Shown here: positions 31,586 through 41,291 of the stretch, in pieces
Numbering within the stretch: the first letter of the stretch is position 1
How the letters are laid out: every line of letters begins with the position of its first letter
Origin: Gemmatimonadales bacterium
GTDB lineage: Bacteria; Gemmatimonadota; Gemmatimonadetes; Gemmatimonadales; GWC2-71-9
Reading direction: 5' to 3'
Length of the DNA: 64,000 nt
Assembly: GCA_038321865.1 (NCBI GenBank)
Contig: JBBQFH010000009.1
Span: 1 to 64,000 of the forward strand
The notes under the pieces: model-generated
Told to the model about the DNA's origin: nothing
Databases searched by the model: none
What the model saw: the letters and a program-made list of their open reading frames with translations, nothing else
Translations under genes and position numbers: made by a program

Positions 31586-32211
31586 TTTGCCAGGGCCGCA
31601 ATGGATCGCGAGAGATTGGCCCGGGCTGGTGCCTCCCAGCGTTTCCTGAACGACGCGCTGGCGTAAATCGCCGGGCGGCCGAGGAGGGCGACGAGGACGG
31701 CTTGGCGAGCGGCCCGGAACTCGGCCTCGGGCACGAAGGCGTATTCCCGGCGAACCGCGCGTTCGTAGTCATCGAACGTCCGTGCGTCGGCCCCCAGGAC
31801 CGCCAGGTCGATATCCAGCACCAGCGCGGCGTCTCCGTCGAACGGCCTGTCCTGGTGGGCCGTGGCGAGGATCATGCGCTCGATGCGCGCGACGCGCTCG
31901 GTGGCTACACCGGCGGCATGCAGGCGACTGACGGCGAGTGCCGCACTGCGGCTCTCGTTGTCGTCCGCGCGGGGATCGTAGACGGCGTCGTGATACCACA
32001 GTGCCGCCTCGACGGCGGCGGCATCGGTGCACTGCGCCCGCACACCGTCCAGCTCCGCCAGGCACTGCCGGAGGTGGGCGAGACCGTGGTAGGCGCGTGC
32101 CGGGTCGGCCCAGGCCGCGATGAGCTCGGCGTACGCGCTGTCGCTCCCGCGGCTGGCCCCAAGGGCGCGCCAGACCGCGCGCCACCGGGTGCGGCCCGCT
32201 CCGGCGCTCAG
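31582..32211 (-). CDS. Predicted HD-superfamily metal-dependent phosphohydrolase (COG4339-like)
   Basis: RAYHGLAHL, ALWYHDAVYDP, DNESRSA, DIDLAVLG and RREY motifs. Start uncertain (CTG overlapping the upstream TGA). Confidence 0.85.
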   Translation of the reverse strand: MSAGAGRTRWRAVWRALGASRGSDSAYAELIAAWADPARAYHGLAHLRQCLAELDGVRAQCTDAAAVEAALWYHDAVYDPRADDNESRSAALAVSRLHAAGVATERVARIERMILATAHQDRPFDGDAALVLDIDLAVLGADARTFDDYERAVRREYAFVPEAEFRAARQAVLVALLGRPAIYASASFRKRWEAPARANLSRSIAALAN

Positions 32212-34802
32212 AAGCCGAAACCGGCCAGAAAGTACACCCCGGTGCGCTCCTCGCCGTCGGCGATCGTCACGCTCAGCGTGCTCACCGGCCCCTCGACATT
32301 GAACCACGCGCCCCCTCCGAAGGCCCGGTGCAGCTTGCTCGACGACTCGCCCGTCGCCCATACCCGCCCGAAGTCCGCGATCCCGTGAATGCCGAAGTTG
32401 CCCGGAACCAGCAGCCGGAGCTGGCCGAGGGTGAGTCGGAGCTCGGCGCCGCCCCAGGCGGCCGCGCTGCCGGCGAACCGTTGCTGATCGAAGCCGCGGA
32501 GGTTCGCAAACCCGCCGAGAAACGCCGATTCGAAATAGGGCGCATCGCCCCAGACCTTCTTGCCTCCCACGCGGAGTGCGAGCACCGGTTTCATCGGCGC
32601 ATTCACCCCGAAGTACGTGGCCACCTCGGCGTGCGCTTCGCCGAAGGTCGTGGCCACGTCCCAGAACGCGGGGAAGAGCGAGCCTCCGGCAGATGCCCTG
32701 ACCCCGCTCCGGGGGGCGCCGGTGTTGTCGCGCGTGTCGTAGGTGGCGTAGGCGCGAACACCCAGCTGGCCGTAATCGCCGGTGCCGCTCAGTCGGCCAC
32801 TGGACGAAATGCTGCCGGGACTCGAGGTGGTGCTGGTGAACTGGAGCGCGGGCCCGAGACGGATCTCGCCGCGGCCGATGGGAAAGGCCAGCGTCGGCTC
32901 CAGGCGGTACTGGGTGTTCTCCACCCGAAAGTAGTCGCCGTTTCCGACGCGAGCCGTTTCGTTGCCCTGCCCGTAGTAGCGGATCACGTCGAGGCCGGAG
33001 ATCTGCGCCAGGGCCACCAGGTGCGAAGCCCGGTTCTCGCGGTGAAGGTCCAGCGTCGCGGCGACCCGGGTATCGTTGGGACCGGTGCCGCGCTCGACCC
33101 ACAACGTGGTCTGATACCAGTACGGCCGCATGCGGAAGCCGTACTGGTTGACGCCGACGCTGACTCCGTAGACCAGCCCCAGGTCACTCAGGTAGCGGAA
33201 CCGCAGATCGGGCACCATCTTCGCGCCGAAATCGGGTGGGGGAATCACCGTATCCCCCCGCACAATCAGCTGCGGGCGCCGGCTGAACAGGGTGTCGGGT
33301 CCGTAGGTCAGCTCGTGCGGTCCCGCGCCCTTGTCGTAGAACCTCGTCGCGCCGCGATCGTACTCCACGGCGGAGGAATCGATCAGGGTGTTGTCGCCCT
33401 TGCCGCCGATCACCCGGACCTTCATCCCGCGCACCGCCCGCCCGCGCACCAGCGCGCTGTCATCGCCGCCGTGCAGATAGACGCGCACTTCCTGGGTTTC
33501 CCCGTTGAGGAAACGGCGGTCGAAATACGGCTGCCGGCTCCCGATCGGGCCGCCGTGATCAGGGCGGCCGTCGAGGAGGCGGACCCGCACACCGGCGCTG
33601 TCACGCTCGATCACGGCGATGTCGCGGCTGTCGGTGGCGTGGATGTCCGGCACCTTGGACAGCAGCGAATAGAGCCGGCGGGCTTCGGCGGGCAGGCCGT
33701 CGCGGCGCTGCTTCAGCACGGCCGCGATCCGCTCGCCGGTGAGCTTCCGGTACTCGGGCGGCATGCTGCGCACGCCGGAATCGATCACGGCGTCGGTGAT
33801 GCGCGTGCGGACGAAGTTGGCGATGGAGTCCCATGTCGGGCCATCGAGGCCGTTGAGCAGACCGCGATCGAGCTCACGGCCGTTGAGCGTCAGTCCCTGC
33901 AGGTTCGGATAGGTCGCGTTGAACCCGATCAGCTTCGGCGCGCCGAGCCGTGCGAGACTGGGAAAGAGCCCATCGAACCAGATATACGCCTGGTCGCGAT
34001 CGCGTGGGATCGGCACCCAGATGTGGCCGTCCCCGCGATCGAACCGTGCCCATTTCCACTGGTCCTTGTGCCGGTCCCAGTCGTTGATGAGCAAATCGAA
34101 GAGGCGAGCCGTCAGGAATGCCCGCGTGTCCACGCGATCGTCCGGACTGTCCGAGAGCTTCTTCAGCAGGTCGAGGCTGTTCCCGATCTTCATCGACCCG
34201 GCAAAGCCGGGCTTCCCATCCGGGCCGTCATTGGGAAACTCCTCGATCAGCCCGAGCGCTCCGCCGAAATCCTTCCGGAACTCGCCGAGCGCGGGATCGT
34301 CGGGCATCACGGCGTATTGGGGCGTGGCGTGCAGCACACCGAGCGCGTCGAGCATCGGGGGCACCGTGAGGGCACCGCCGGGATTCGAATGGCTCAACTG
34401 GTCGTTGACCAGGTCGGCGACGAAACCTTTCCGCAGCGTCTCGGGCAGAATGACGCGCGCATCCTTCTTGAGGGTGCGGAATACCCACTCCCGGCCGTTG
34501 GCGCTCTCGAAGCGGAGCGACTTGGTCTGCTCGCCGCCGCCCCGCTTGGTCGGCTTCAGGCCGCCGTCGAACGCCTGCAGCTCGAGGACCGCGGCGCGGA
34601 TCGGCATCTGCCAGACGCGCCGGTATTCCCGGCCGAAGAGAAGCTGATGGAAGGTGCCGGCCGCCAGCGAACTGTCGGCAACCGCCGTGACGCTGTCATG
34701 TCCCACCCGCGGAGCGGCCGGACGTGCCTGACCGCAGAGCCCGGCGGCGGTTCCGAGCATCAGGGCGGCGAAATGGGCGGAGACGGCGGACCACAGGCGC
34801 AT
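32208..34802 (-). CDS. Omp85/BamA-TamA family outer-membrane protein with a large N-terminal soluble domain
   Basis: Signal peptide; C-terminal barrel with DTRD, LRGFDQQRFAG, DFGRVW and terminal Phe; N-domain has GGGEQTKSLR, DWDRHKDQW and PRDRDQAY. Confidence 0.85.
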   Translation of the reverse strand: MRLWSAVSAHFAALMLGTAAGLCGQARPAAPRVGHDSVTAVADSSLAAGTFHQLLFGREYRRVWQMPIRAAVLELQAFDGGLKPTKRGGGEQTKSLRFESANGREWVFRTLKKDARVILPETLRKGFVADLVNDQLSHSNPGGALTVPPMLDALGVLHATPQYAVMPDDPALGEFRKDFGGALGLIEEFPNDGPDGKPGFAGSMKIGNSLDLLKKLSDSPDDRVDTRAFLTARLFDLLINDWDRHKDQWKWARFDRGDGHIWVPIPRDRDQAYIWFDGLFPSLARLGAPKLIGFNATYPNLQGLTLNGRELDRGLLNGLDGPTWDSIANFVRTRITDAVIDSGVRSMPPEYRKLTGERIAAVLKQRRDGLPAEARRLYSLLSKVPDIHATDSRDIAVIERDSAGVRVRLLDGRPDHGGPIGSRQPYFDRRFLNGETQEVRVYLHGGDDSALVRGRAVRGMKVRVIGGKGDNTLIDSSAVEYDRGATRFYDKGAGPHELTYGPDTLFSRRPQLIVRGDTVIPPPDFGAKMVPDLRFRYLSDLGLVYGVSVGVNQYGFRMRPYWYQTTLWVERGTGPNDTRVAATLDLHRENRASHLVALAQISGLDVIRYYGQGNETARVGNGDYFRVENTQYRLEPTLAFPIGRGEIRLGPALQFTSTTSSPGSISSSGRLSGTGDYGQLGVRAYATYDTRDNTGAPRSGVRASAGGSLFPAFWDVATTFGEAHAEVATYFGVNAPMKPVLALRVGGKKVWGDAPYFESAFLGGFANLRGFDQQRFAGSAAAWGGAELRLTLGQLRLLVPGNFGIHGIADFGRVWATGESSSKLHRAFGGGAWFNVEGPVSTLSVTIADGEERTGVYFLAGFGF

Positions 34803-34810
34803 GCGTCCCT

Positions 34811-35971
34811 CTATTTCAGGTAGGCGGCGTAGGTTTCGGTGATGACGCCCTTGGCGTCCACCGTTTCCACGCCGAGTCGAACCTGCTTGTCCTTCAGCAC
34901 GTCCAGCCGCATGAAGCCGGGGAGCGCCGCCGCATATTGGGTCCGCGGGGTGTAGTGCACGCCATCCTCGTGGTTGATCGTGCCGGCGCCGCTGACCAGC
35001 AGGTGCCTCGCCGTCTTGCCCTCGAGGACCTGCAGGCCGTGGTCATGTCCCGAGACGTAGACCAGCGGCTTTCGCACCGCGAAGACCAGCTCCATGGCCC
35101 GCCGCATCCGCTCGTTTTTCGGACCGGCGATATCCTGGTCGGAGGCACCCTGTTGGCGATTGAGGGCGTAGTAGGACCCGATGATCGGGAGCGGGATCCA
35201 CAGCCACGGCCTGAGCGCCCGTAACGGGAACAGATGCGCCTGCCACGGCATGTACCCGCCATGGGGTCCGCCGGACGCGAGCGGGTGGTGGCCCGCGACG
35301 ACGACGGTCCGGTCGTCGGCGGTGAGCAGTTGGCGGTTGAGCGAGTTGACCACCGACGCCGGCGTATAGTTCGGACACGTCGACGTGGAGTCACGCGGCC
35401 GGGTGTAATCGTGCAGCCACCACTGCGTGTCGAGCATGACGAGCCGGAGGTGCGGACTCGGATCCACATATTCGGGGCCTGGACAGCCGCCATGGGGTAC
35501 CATTCGGGCGTAGGGCGCGCCCTTGGCCGCGATGTAGTCGGCCTGGCGCTTGATCGCGTCCCAGCCGCTCTGCCCCATGTATGACCAGTCGTGATTTCCC
35601 GGGATGAAGTAGGTCTCCGTGCGCGTCTGAACGGCGACCGCGATCTGGGCGTCGATCCGCCGCTCGGCGTCGCCGCGGCCGACGCCGCCGGTGTCGGGCA
35701 TGCCGCGGAGGTAGATGTTGTCGCCCAGGAACACGATGATCCGCTTCCCGGGTGTGGCCTCGACCTGCTTGACCAGCGCAACGAAGACCGGCTCATCCTT
35801 GGTCGGCGCACCGGCATCGCCGATGAGAAAGAGGGTGCTCTCGACCAGACCGGGCGCCGCCGAGACGATGGGTGGGGTGATGTCGCCGGTGGCCGTGACC
35901 GGTGGTCCGTACCGGGCACAGGCGACGGCGACAGGGATGGCGGCCGCGACGAGAAGGATACGACGTCTCAT
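34811..35971 (-). CDS. Metallophosphoesterase lipoprotein
   Basis: MRRRILLV...AVAC lipobox; IGDAG, LGDNIY, PGNHDW, GHHP and SGHDH motifs; ATGA overlap with upstream gene. Confidence 0.9.
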   Translation of the reverse strand: MRRRILLVAAAIPVAVACARYGPPVTATGDITPPIVSAAPGLVESTLFLIGDAGAPTKDEPVFVALVKQVEATPGKRIIVFLGDNIYLRGMPDTGGVGRGDAERRIDAQIAVAVQTRTETYFIPGNHDWSYMGQSGWDAIKRQADYIAAKGAPYARMVPHGGCPGPEYVDPSPHLRLVMLDTQWWLHDYTRPRDSTSTCPNYTPASVVNSLNRQLLTADDRTVVVAGHHPLASGGPHGGYMPWQAHLFPLRALRPWLWIPLPIIGSYYALNRQQGASDQDIAGPKNERMRRAMELVFAVRKPLVYVSGHDHGLQVLEGKTARHLLVSGAGTINHEDGVHYTPRTQYAAALPGFMRLDVLKDKQVRLGVETVDAKGVITETYAAYLK

Positions 35972-36873
35972 GGGAATGGGCGGGAATAGACGGTGATGAG
36001 GGGACGGTCCCCCCCGGCCTCGTCCGCCACGATCAGGCGGCCGTCGGGGGTGATCGCTGCACCTTCTGGCTGACGGTGGCTGCCGGGGATGTTGCCGACC
36101 CGAAGCAGCGCGCCCTCCGGCGAGAGCTCGACCAGCCCCGACTGGAGCGACGACATCACCAGAAAATGGCCGGTCCGCTGGTCGCGGGTGATCTCGGACG
36201 CCTCGAACCGCTTCCAGTGCCCGCCGGCGGCGCGGAGCTGCTCGATCGGGATGACCAGCGGTGTCGGCGAGGGCGGCGGGGAGCCCGGCAGGCCCCATCG
36301 GTAAATCACCAGCGCGTCCTGCGGCGCCCCCGCATACACGTGCTTGCAGGCCAGCAGCATCGCGTGCGTGGCCGGATCGAATACCATGCCCTCGAACTCG
36401 CACGCCTTGCGCAGCTTCGTGTCGTACTCGTTGTAGGGCACCGCCTTGCCCGCGCCCCCTTCGCTGCCCTCGTAAATCCGCCCCTTGCTGTCGAGCAGGT
36501 AGACCTGGGCGCCCACCACGGCGATCGCCTCGAAGTCGGCGGTGAGGGCCTCTTCGCCGAGCATGAAGGTCTTCATGATCACGCCGCGCCGGTAGTCGAT
36601 TTCCCAGATCTCGCTCGTCTCGTCGCCGTGCGCGAGCAGCCGGCCGTCCACGGTCAGCGCGAGCCCGGAGATTTCCTTGAACCTGGGCGGCAGGATCCAG
36701 CGGGCGATCGGCTCCGCGGCGGGCTTCCCCTGCGCCACGGCCGCGTCCGCGGCGGCCGCGCGGGCGTTCACCGCGCGAAGCCGTTGCTCCAGCTGCGCGC
36801 GCTGTTCCTGCGGACCGGGCACCGGTGAACAACCGAGCAGGAGCAGGGTGGCCGCGGCTCTCCACCCGATCAT
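35968..36873 (-). CDS. SdiA-regulated (YjiK-like) beta-propeller lipoprotein
   Basis: LLGC lipobox; blade repeats EISGL, DFEAIA, EFEGM and QPEGAA. Confidence 0.75.
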   Translation of the reverse strand: MIGWRAAATLLLLGCSPVPGPQEQRAQLEQRLRAVNARAAAADAAVAQGKPAAEPIARWILPPRFKEISGLALTVDGRLLAHGDETSEIWEIDYRRGVIMKTFMLGEEALTADFEAIAVVGAQVYLLDSKGRIYEGSEGGAGKAVPYNEYDTKLRKACEFEGMVFDPATHAMLLACKHVYAGAPQDALVIYRWGLPGSPPPSPTPLVIPIEQLRAAGGHWKRFEASEITRDQRTGHFLVMSSLQSGLVELSPEGALLRVGNIPGSHRQPEGAAITPDGRLIVADEAGGDRPLITVYSRPFP

Positions 36874-37976
36874 GCGGGCGGCTTTTCCTTGTCCAGCTCC
36901 TGGCTCACCTCGAACTCGGCGCCCAGGATGGAATCTTTCCCGCTGGACATCACCGCATGGAGCACATCATCCTGTGACGGGTTTTTCCGGAGGCGGACAA
37001 GGTAGTACAGCATGGCCGGCTTGCCTTCGGCCTCGACCACGTCGTCCAGCCGGAAGCGCTTGGTCGCCTGTTGCAGGATTGGCGTGACGCATTTCTTGGC
37101 CGCTTCGACGTCCTCCGTGCTGAGCGAAAGCACCGCGTTGTAGCGTGGCTTCTTGTTCTTCTTGCCGGGCTCGCCGGCGAGCATGTTGCGGACCCGGGCG
37201 AAGCGGTCCGCCAGCTGATCGGCCTTTTCGGGCGTGAGCGTCAGCAACAGCTCCCGGTCGGGGACCGGCGGTGTTCCATCCTTATTGTCGACCAGCGCAC
37301 CGAGCGGCTCGGACCACTGTACCTTCTGGGCGAGATCCAGCGGGCTCCGGCCGAAGTCGGTGCGCCAGACCAGGAGGATGGTGACGTTGAACACGAACGA
37401 CAGGATCGCCGCCACGGTCAGCGCCTGCACGCCCGCGGCGAGGCCGACGCCGATCGCGAGAAAGACGAATACGGTGTCCCGGTTATCCTTCAGGTTGGCC
37501 CGGAACCGGACGCCCGCCACGATGCCTGCGAGACTGAAGGCGAGGGCCAGGCTGTTGCGGACGATCAGCACCACGCCGGTAACGACGATCGGAAGGATCA
37601 GCATCGTGTGCACGATCGACTGCGCGTAGCCGGTGGTGCGCCGCGTCGCCATGTAGACCCACGAGACCGGCAACATCAGCACCAGGGATCCCAGCATGAC
37701 GGCAAAGGCGGTCAGCACCATGTAGAGCCGCGGGTTCAGCCCGCTCGAGTCCACCAGGCCAACGGCGGCAGCCCCCTTCTGCATGCCGTCGGTCAGTACC
37801 TGCGAGCCTACCGTGTCACCGATTCGCTCGCCCGAAAAGAGCAAATTGGCGGCGGGGAATACGTACAGAAGCGCAATGGTGATGCCGACGATGAAGACGT
37901 AGTAGACCAGGAGGCGCACCACCGGAGACTCCGAGCCGCCGGTGGCCACGTTCATCAGCTTGGAAAAAAACGCCAT
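36870..37976 (-). CDS. DUF4956 domain membrane protein
   Basis: SLALAFSLAGIVAGVRFR...FVFLAIGVGLAAG signature; multiple TM segments plus a soluble C-terminus. Confidence 0.8.
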   Translation of the reverse strand: MAFFSKLMNVATGGSESPVVRLLVYYVFIVGITIALLYVFPAANLLFSGERIGDTVGSQVLTDGMQKGAAAVGLVDSSGLNPRLYMVLTAFAVMLGSLVLMLPVSWVYMATRRTTGYAQSIVHTMLILPIVVTGVVLIVRNSLALAFSLAGIVAGVRFRANLKDNRDTVFVFLAIGVGLAAGVQALTVAAILSFVFNVTILLVWRTDFGRSPLDLAQKVQWSEPLGALVDNKDGTPPVPDRELLLTLTPEKADQLADRFARVRNMLAGEPGKKNKKPRYNAVLSLSTEDVEAAKKCVTPILQQATKRFRLDDVVEAEGKPAMLYYLVRLRKNPSQDDVLHAVMSSGKDSILGAEFEVSQELDKEKPPA

Positions 37977-38118
37977 CGCGGGGCCTCACTTGGTGCCGGG
38001 TATCGCACGGGGTGGCAAGGAGTTGCCGACCGCGGTCGGCGACGTCGGCTGGCAATATGCGGTGGGGCGCCCGCGAAGTCTGTGACCCGCGCACGTGATG
38101 CGCATCACTCGTCGCGGG

Positions 38119-39372
38119 TCAGAAGGGCGGCAATGCCTGGTGCACCGGATCGTCCAGCAGGATCGCCGGGACCATCTCCCCGACGCCGGCGTCGAACTGG
38201 CCCTCAGCCAGGATCAGCAAGGCGTTGGCCCGCACCATGGAGGTGAGGATGCCGGAGCCCTGAGGTCCGGTGAGCCGCGCCGTGAGCTCGTCGCCGTCCG
38301 CGACGACGACCGCACGGAGGAAGTGCTGCAGCCTTGGCTTCACCGCGACCGCTTCGGCGATGCGAACCATCACCGCACGGCGAAACGGGAGCGGCTGCCC
38401 GCACATCGCGCGGATGGCGGGCCGCACGAACAGCTCGAACGTCACCATGGTGCTGACCGGATTGCCGGGCAGTCCGAGCCAGGGGACATCACCCAGGAGC
38501 CCGAAGCCGACCGGCGCACCCGGCCGCATGCGGAGCTTCCAGAAGCGATGGACGACGCCGAGCTCGTCGAGCGCGGAGCGGACATAGTCGTGCTCGCCCA
38601 CGCTGATCCCCGCCGTGGACACGATCAGGTCGGCATCCCGGGCCCGCTGGAAATGCGCGCGCATGCTCTCCGGCGTGTCCCGGGCGATGCCGAGATTCCT
38701 CGGCTCCCCGCCCGCCTGCCGCACGAGGGCCAGGAGCGTGTGGGTGTTGCTGCTGGCGATCCTGCGGCCCGAGAGGATTTCGTCGGGCTGATCGATGTCC
38801 ACGATCTCGTCGCCGCTGCCCAGGATCGCGACGCGCGGCCGGCGATACACCAGCGGATGGGCTTCCGCGAGCGACGCGAGGACGCCGAGATGGGCCGCCC
38901 CCAGCGGGGTCCCGGCCGTCAGCACGGTGGTGCCGCGCCGCACATCCTCGCCGGCGTGGCGCAGGTTGGCGCCGGCGTCGCGGCCGTTGCGGATCTCGAC
39001 GAGATCCGCTCCGCCATCGGTATCCTCCTGGCGTACGACGCTGTCCGTTCCGGCCGGCAGTGGCGCGCCGGTGAAGATGCGCGCGCACTCTCCGGGTCCG
39101 ATTTCGCGGACTGGTACGTGGCCGGCGGGAATGTGCTCCACCACCCTCAGCCGGACCGGCGAGCTCCCGGAGGCAGAGCGGACATCCAGGGCGCGGGTCG
39201 CGTACCCGTCCATGGCGGAGTTGGTGCGTCCGGGGATGTCGAGGGAGCTCACCACGTCCTGCGCCAGCACGCTGTCGAGCGCATCGTCGAGCGGAACGCG
39301 GAGGGCAGGCTGGCGCCGGACGTCGCTGAGAATGCTGAGCGCCGCGTCCCGGGCGCTCAGCGGCATGGTCAC
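38119..39372 (-). CDS. moeA: Molybdopterin molybdotransferase
   Basis: NSAMDGYA, IFTGAPLP, SGDE, GLPGNPVS and QGSGILTSM motifs; GTGA overlap with mobB. Confidence 0.95.
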   Translation of the reverse strand: MTMPLSARDAALSILSDVRRQPALRVPLDDALDSVLAQDVVSSLDIPGRTNSAMDGYATRALDVRSASGSSPVRLRVVEHIPAGHVPVREIGPGECARIFTGAPLPAGTDSVVRQEDTDGGADLVEIRNGRDAGANLRHAGEDVRRGTTVLTAGTPLGAAHLGVLASLAEAHPLVYRRPRVAILGSGDEIVDIDQPDEILSGRRIASSNTHTLLALVRQAGGEPRNLGIARDTPESMRAHFQRARDADLIVSTAGISVGEHDYVRSALDELGVVHRFWKLRMRPGAPVGFGLLGDVPWLGLPGNPVSTMVTFELFVRPAIRAMCGQPLPFRRAVMVRIAEAVAVKPRLQHFLRAVVVADGDELTARLTGPQGSGILTSMVRANALLILAEGQFDAGVGEMVPAILLDDPVHQALPPF

Positions 39373-39902
39373 GACGGCAGCACCAGCGCTCCATCCCACG
39401 CGATGTTTGCGAGCAGCTGCAGCCACATGGTGTCGGTAAAGTGAAGGACCCGGCAGGACGCGCGGAAGCCGGGGTCGTCGGTGACGATGGCCAGCCAGTG
39501 CGCCGAATCGGGAGACGATTCGTCGTAGATCGGGGTCTGGGCGACACCCCGCCGGAAGACCTCGACCTTGGGGAGCGGAGCCCGGCTGAACCCCTCGGCG
39601 AGCACGATATCGGCGCCGTCGAGATAGCGCCTGGCCAGCCCGACCGGATCGTAGTCATCGGGTGTGCGCTCGAACAGCACCCGCATGTCGGGTCCCGCGA
39701 TCAGCGTCCGCTCGGCGCGGCCCTCGTGGAAGTGCCGCCAGGTGTCGCTCCCCACGCGGTCCACGTCCGCCGGGTGGTGTCCGTGCTTCAGGGTCATGAC
39801 CCGCCGGCGCCGGCGAGTGAACTCGGCGGCCAGCGCCGCGGTCAGCGTGGTCTTTCCGGTGTTCTTGCGTCCGACGATCGAGACGATTCGCGACTCCGCC
39901 AC
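39369..39902 (-). CDS. mobB: Molybdopterin-guanine dinucleotide biosynthesis protein B
   Basis: GRKNTGKTT, LKHGHH, GSDTWRH and LAEGF motifs. Confidence 0.9.
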   Translation of the reverse strand: MAESRIVSIVGRKNTGKTTLTAALAAEFTRRRRRVMTLKHGHHPADVDRVGSDTWRHFHEGRAERTLIAGPDMRVLFERTPDDYDPVGLARRYLDGADIVLAEGFSRAPLPKVEVFRRGVAQTPIYDESSPDSAHWLAIVTDDPGFRASCRVLHFTDTMWLQLLANIAWDGALVLPS

Positions 39903-40471
39903 ATCCCCTCCGCCGCGGCGAGCTCCTCCGCCGTGTTCACGTTGAAGAACAGCTCGGCCGGATCGCCGAGCAGCCGGATCGTACCGAGAGGGAGTATGTG
40001 CACGCGGACCTGCTGGTGGAAGCCGATGGCCCGAAGATCACCGGCATCGAGGCTCCGCTCCATGGCCTCGCGGCAGGCCGGCCCGTAGGCGGCACAGAGG
40101 GGCTCGACCCCCCGGCGCCCGTCGCTTTCGGGGATGCAGACGTCGGCGTCGCCGAGGCCGTCCGCCAGCGCCAGGACCAGCGGGGCGGTGACGAAGGGCA
40201 TGTCCCACGCGACGCAGACGACCGGCGCCGGAGACAGCGCGACGGCGGTGTAGAGGCCGCCGAGCGAGCCCAGGTCGGGACGCAGATCGGAGACGGTGCG
40301 GAGGCCGGGATACCAGGCGGCCGCCGCGGGGTGGTTCGCCACCAGCAGGGGAGGCGTGCCGAGGGCGTCGGTCAGGGTCCGGACCAGCCGATCGAGGATG
40401 CGCTCGCCGCCGATCGACTCGAGACCCTTGGGACGGCCGCCGAACCGGGTGGCGCCGCCACCGGCCAGCAC
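39842..40471 (-). CDS. mobA: Molybdenum cofactor guanylyltransferase
   Basis: LAGGGATRFGGRPK, GSLGGL, DMPF, EPLCAAY and FFNVNT motifs. The true start may lie a few codons upstream. Confidence 0.9.
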   Translation of the reverse strand: MLAGGGATRFGGRPKGLESIGGERILDRLVRTLTDALGTPPLLVANHPAAAAWYPGLRTVSDLRPDLGSLGGLYTAVALSPAPVVCVAWDMPFVTAPLVLALADGLGDADVCIPESDGRRGVEPLCAAYGPACREAMERSLDAGDLRAIGFHQQVRVHILPLGTIRLLGDPAELFFNVNTAEELAAAEGMWRSRESSRSSDARTPERPR

Positions 40472-40490
40472 GGCGCCGCGTACCGCGTGC

Positions 40491-41291
40491 CTAATAGCGA
40501 CGGCCCCGGCGCCGCTCGAGCACCACGTCGAAGCCGACGTTGAAGCTGAAGAGGTGCTTCATTCTGGTCGCGGTGGGCGGCGGCACGCCATCGGTTGCCG
40601 TCCCCGCCGTGACGGTCCGGACCGCCGCGACGTTGTCCCGCAGCTCCCAGCGCACCTGATATCCCCGCCCGATCGCGGACGTGAAGCCGACGGCGAGCAC
40701 CGCAGTGGGGGTGACACGGGAGTCGTGATCATCGGGATACACAATCGCGTCCGCCAGCTGTCCGGGCTCGTCCTGGCTGGGAAATTGGCCGATCATCCGG
40801 ATCGAGCTCTGGGTGCTGAACAGGAGGCCGGCGCCGACCCGGCCATACGGCGAGACGGCGCCGCGGCTGTTGACGCGGTAGATGAGACCGCCATTGAGGG
40901 CCACTGCGGTGGACGCCTTTTCCGAATTGTCGATCGAGGCGCAGGTGGCGCTGTTGCGGGCCGAGCCCGAGCCGTAGACCAGGCTGCAGCTGTCCTCGAA
41001 GCCGAGGCCGAGCAGATACGCCTCGCCGATGTAGCCGAGATGATCGCCCGGATAGTAGAGTCCCGAAAAGCCGAAGGTGACGTTGGACTTGATCCGCCGG
41101 CCGAGGGCGAAGGTGTCGGCCGGATTCGGCAGATCGAACACCGGCTGCTTGCTGACGTTCCAGAGGTTCTTGGGCTGCGCGTAGCCCAGCATCACGGTAA
41201 AGGCGATGCGTGCCTGATCGTGCGTCGCCTGGGCGGCGAGGGGAGCGGTCGCCACCGCCAACGCGATCACGACCGTGCCGATTCTCCGCAT
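40491..41291 (-). CDS. Hypothetical outer-membrane beta-barrel-like protein
   Basis: Signal peptide ending AAQA; alternating aromatic beta strands (SPYGRVGAG, RWELRDN). Confidence 0.65.
   Translation of the reverse strand: MRRIGTVVIALAVATAPLAAQATHDQARIAFTVMLGYAQPKNLWNVSKQPVFDLPNPADTFALGRRIKSNVTFGFSGLYYPGDHLGYIGEAYLLGLGFEDSCSLVYGSGSARNSATCASIDNSEKASTAVALNGGLIYRVNSRGAVSPYGRVGAGLLFSTQSSIRMIGQFPSQDEPGQLADAIVYPDDHDSRVTPTAVLAVGFTSAIGRGYQVRWELRDNVAAVRTVTAGTATDGVPPPTATRMKHLFSFNVGFDVVLERRRGRRY

Noticed and set aside
40472..40490. mobA pseudogene (GTA where a start would be expected)
   Set aside because: An in-frame GTG four codons later keeps the LAGG motif and the rest of the gene is intact.
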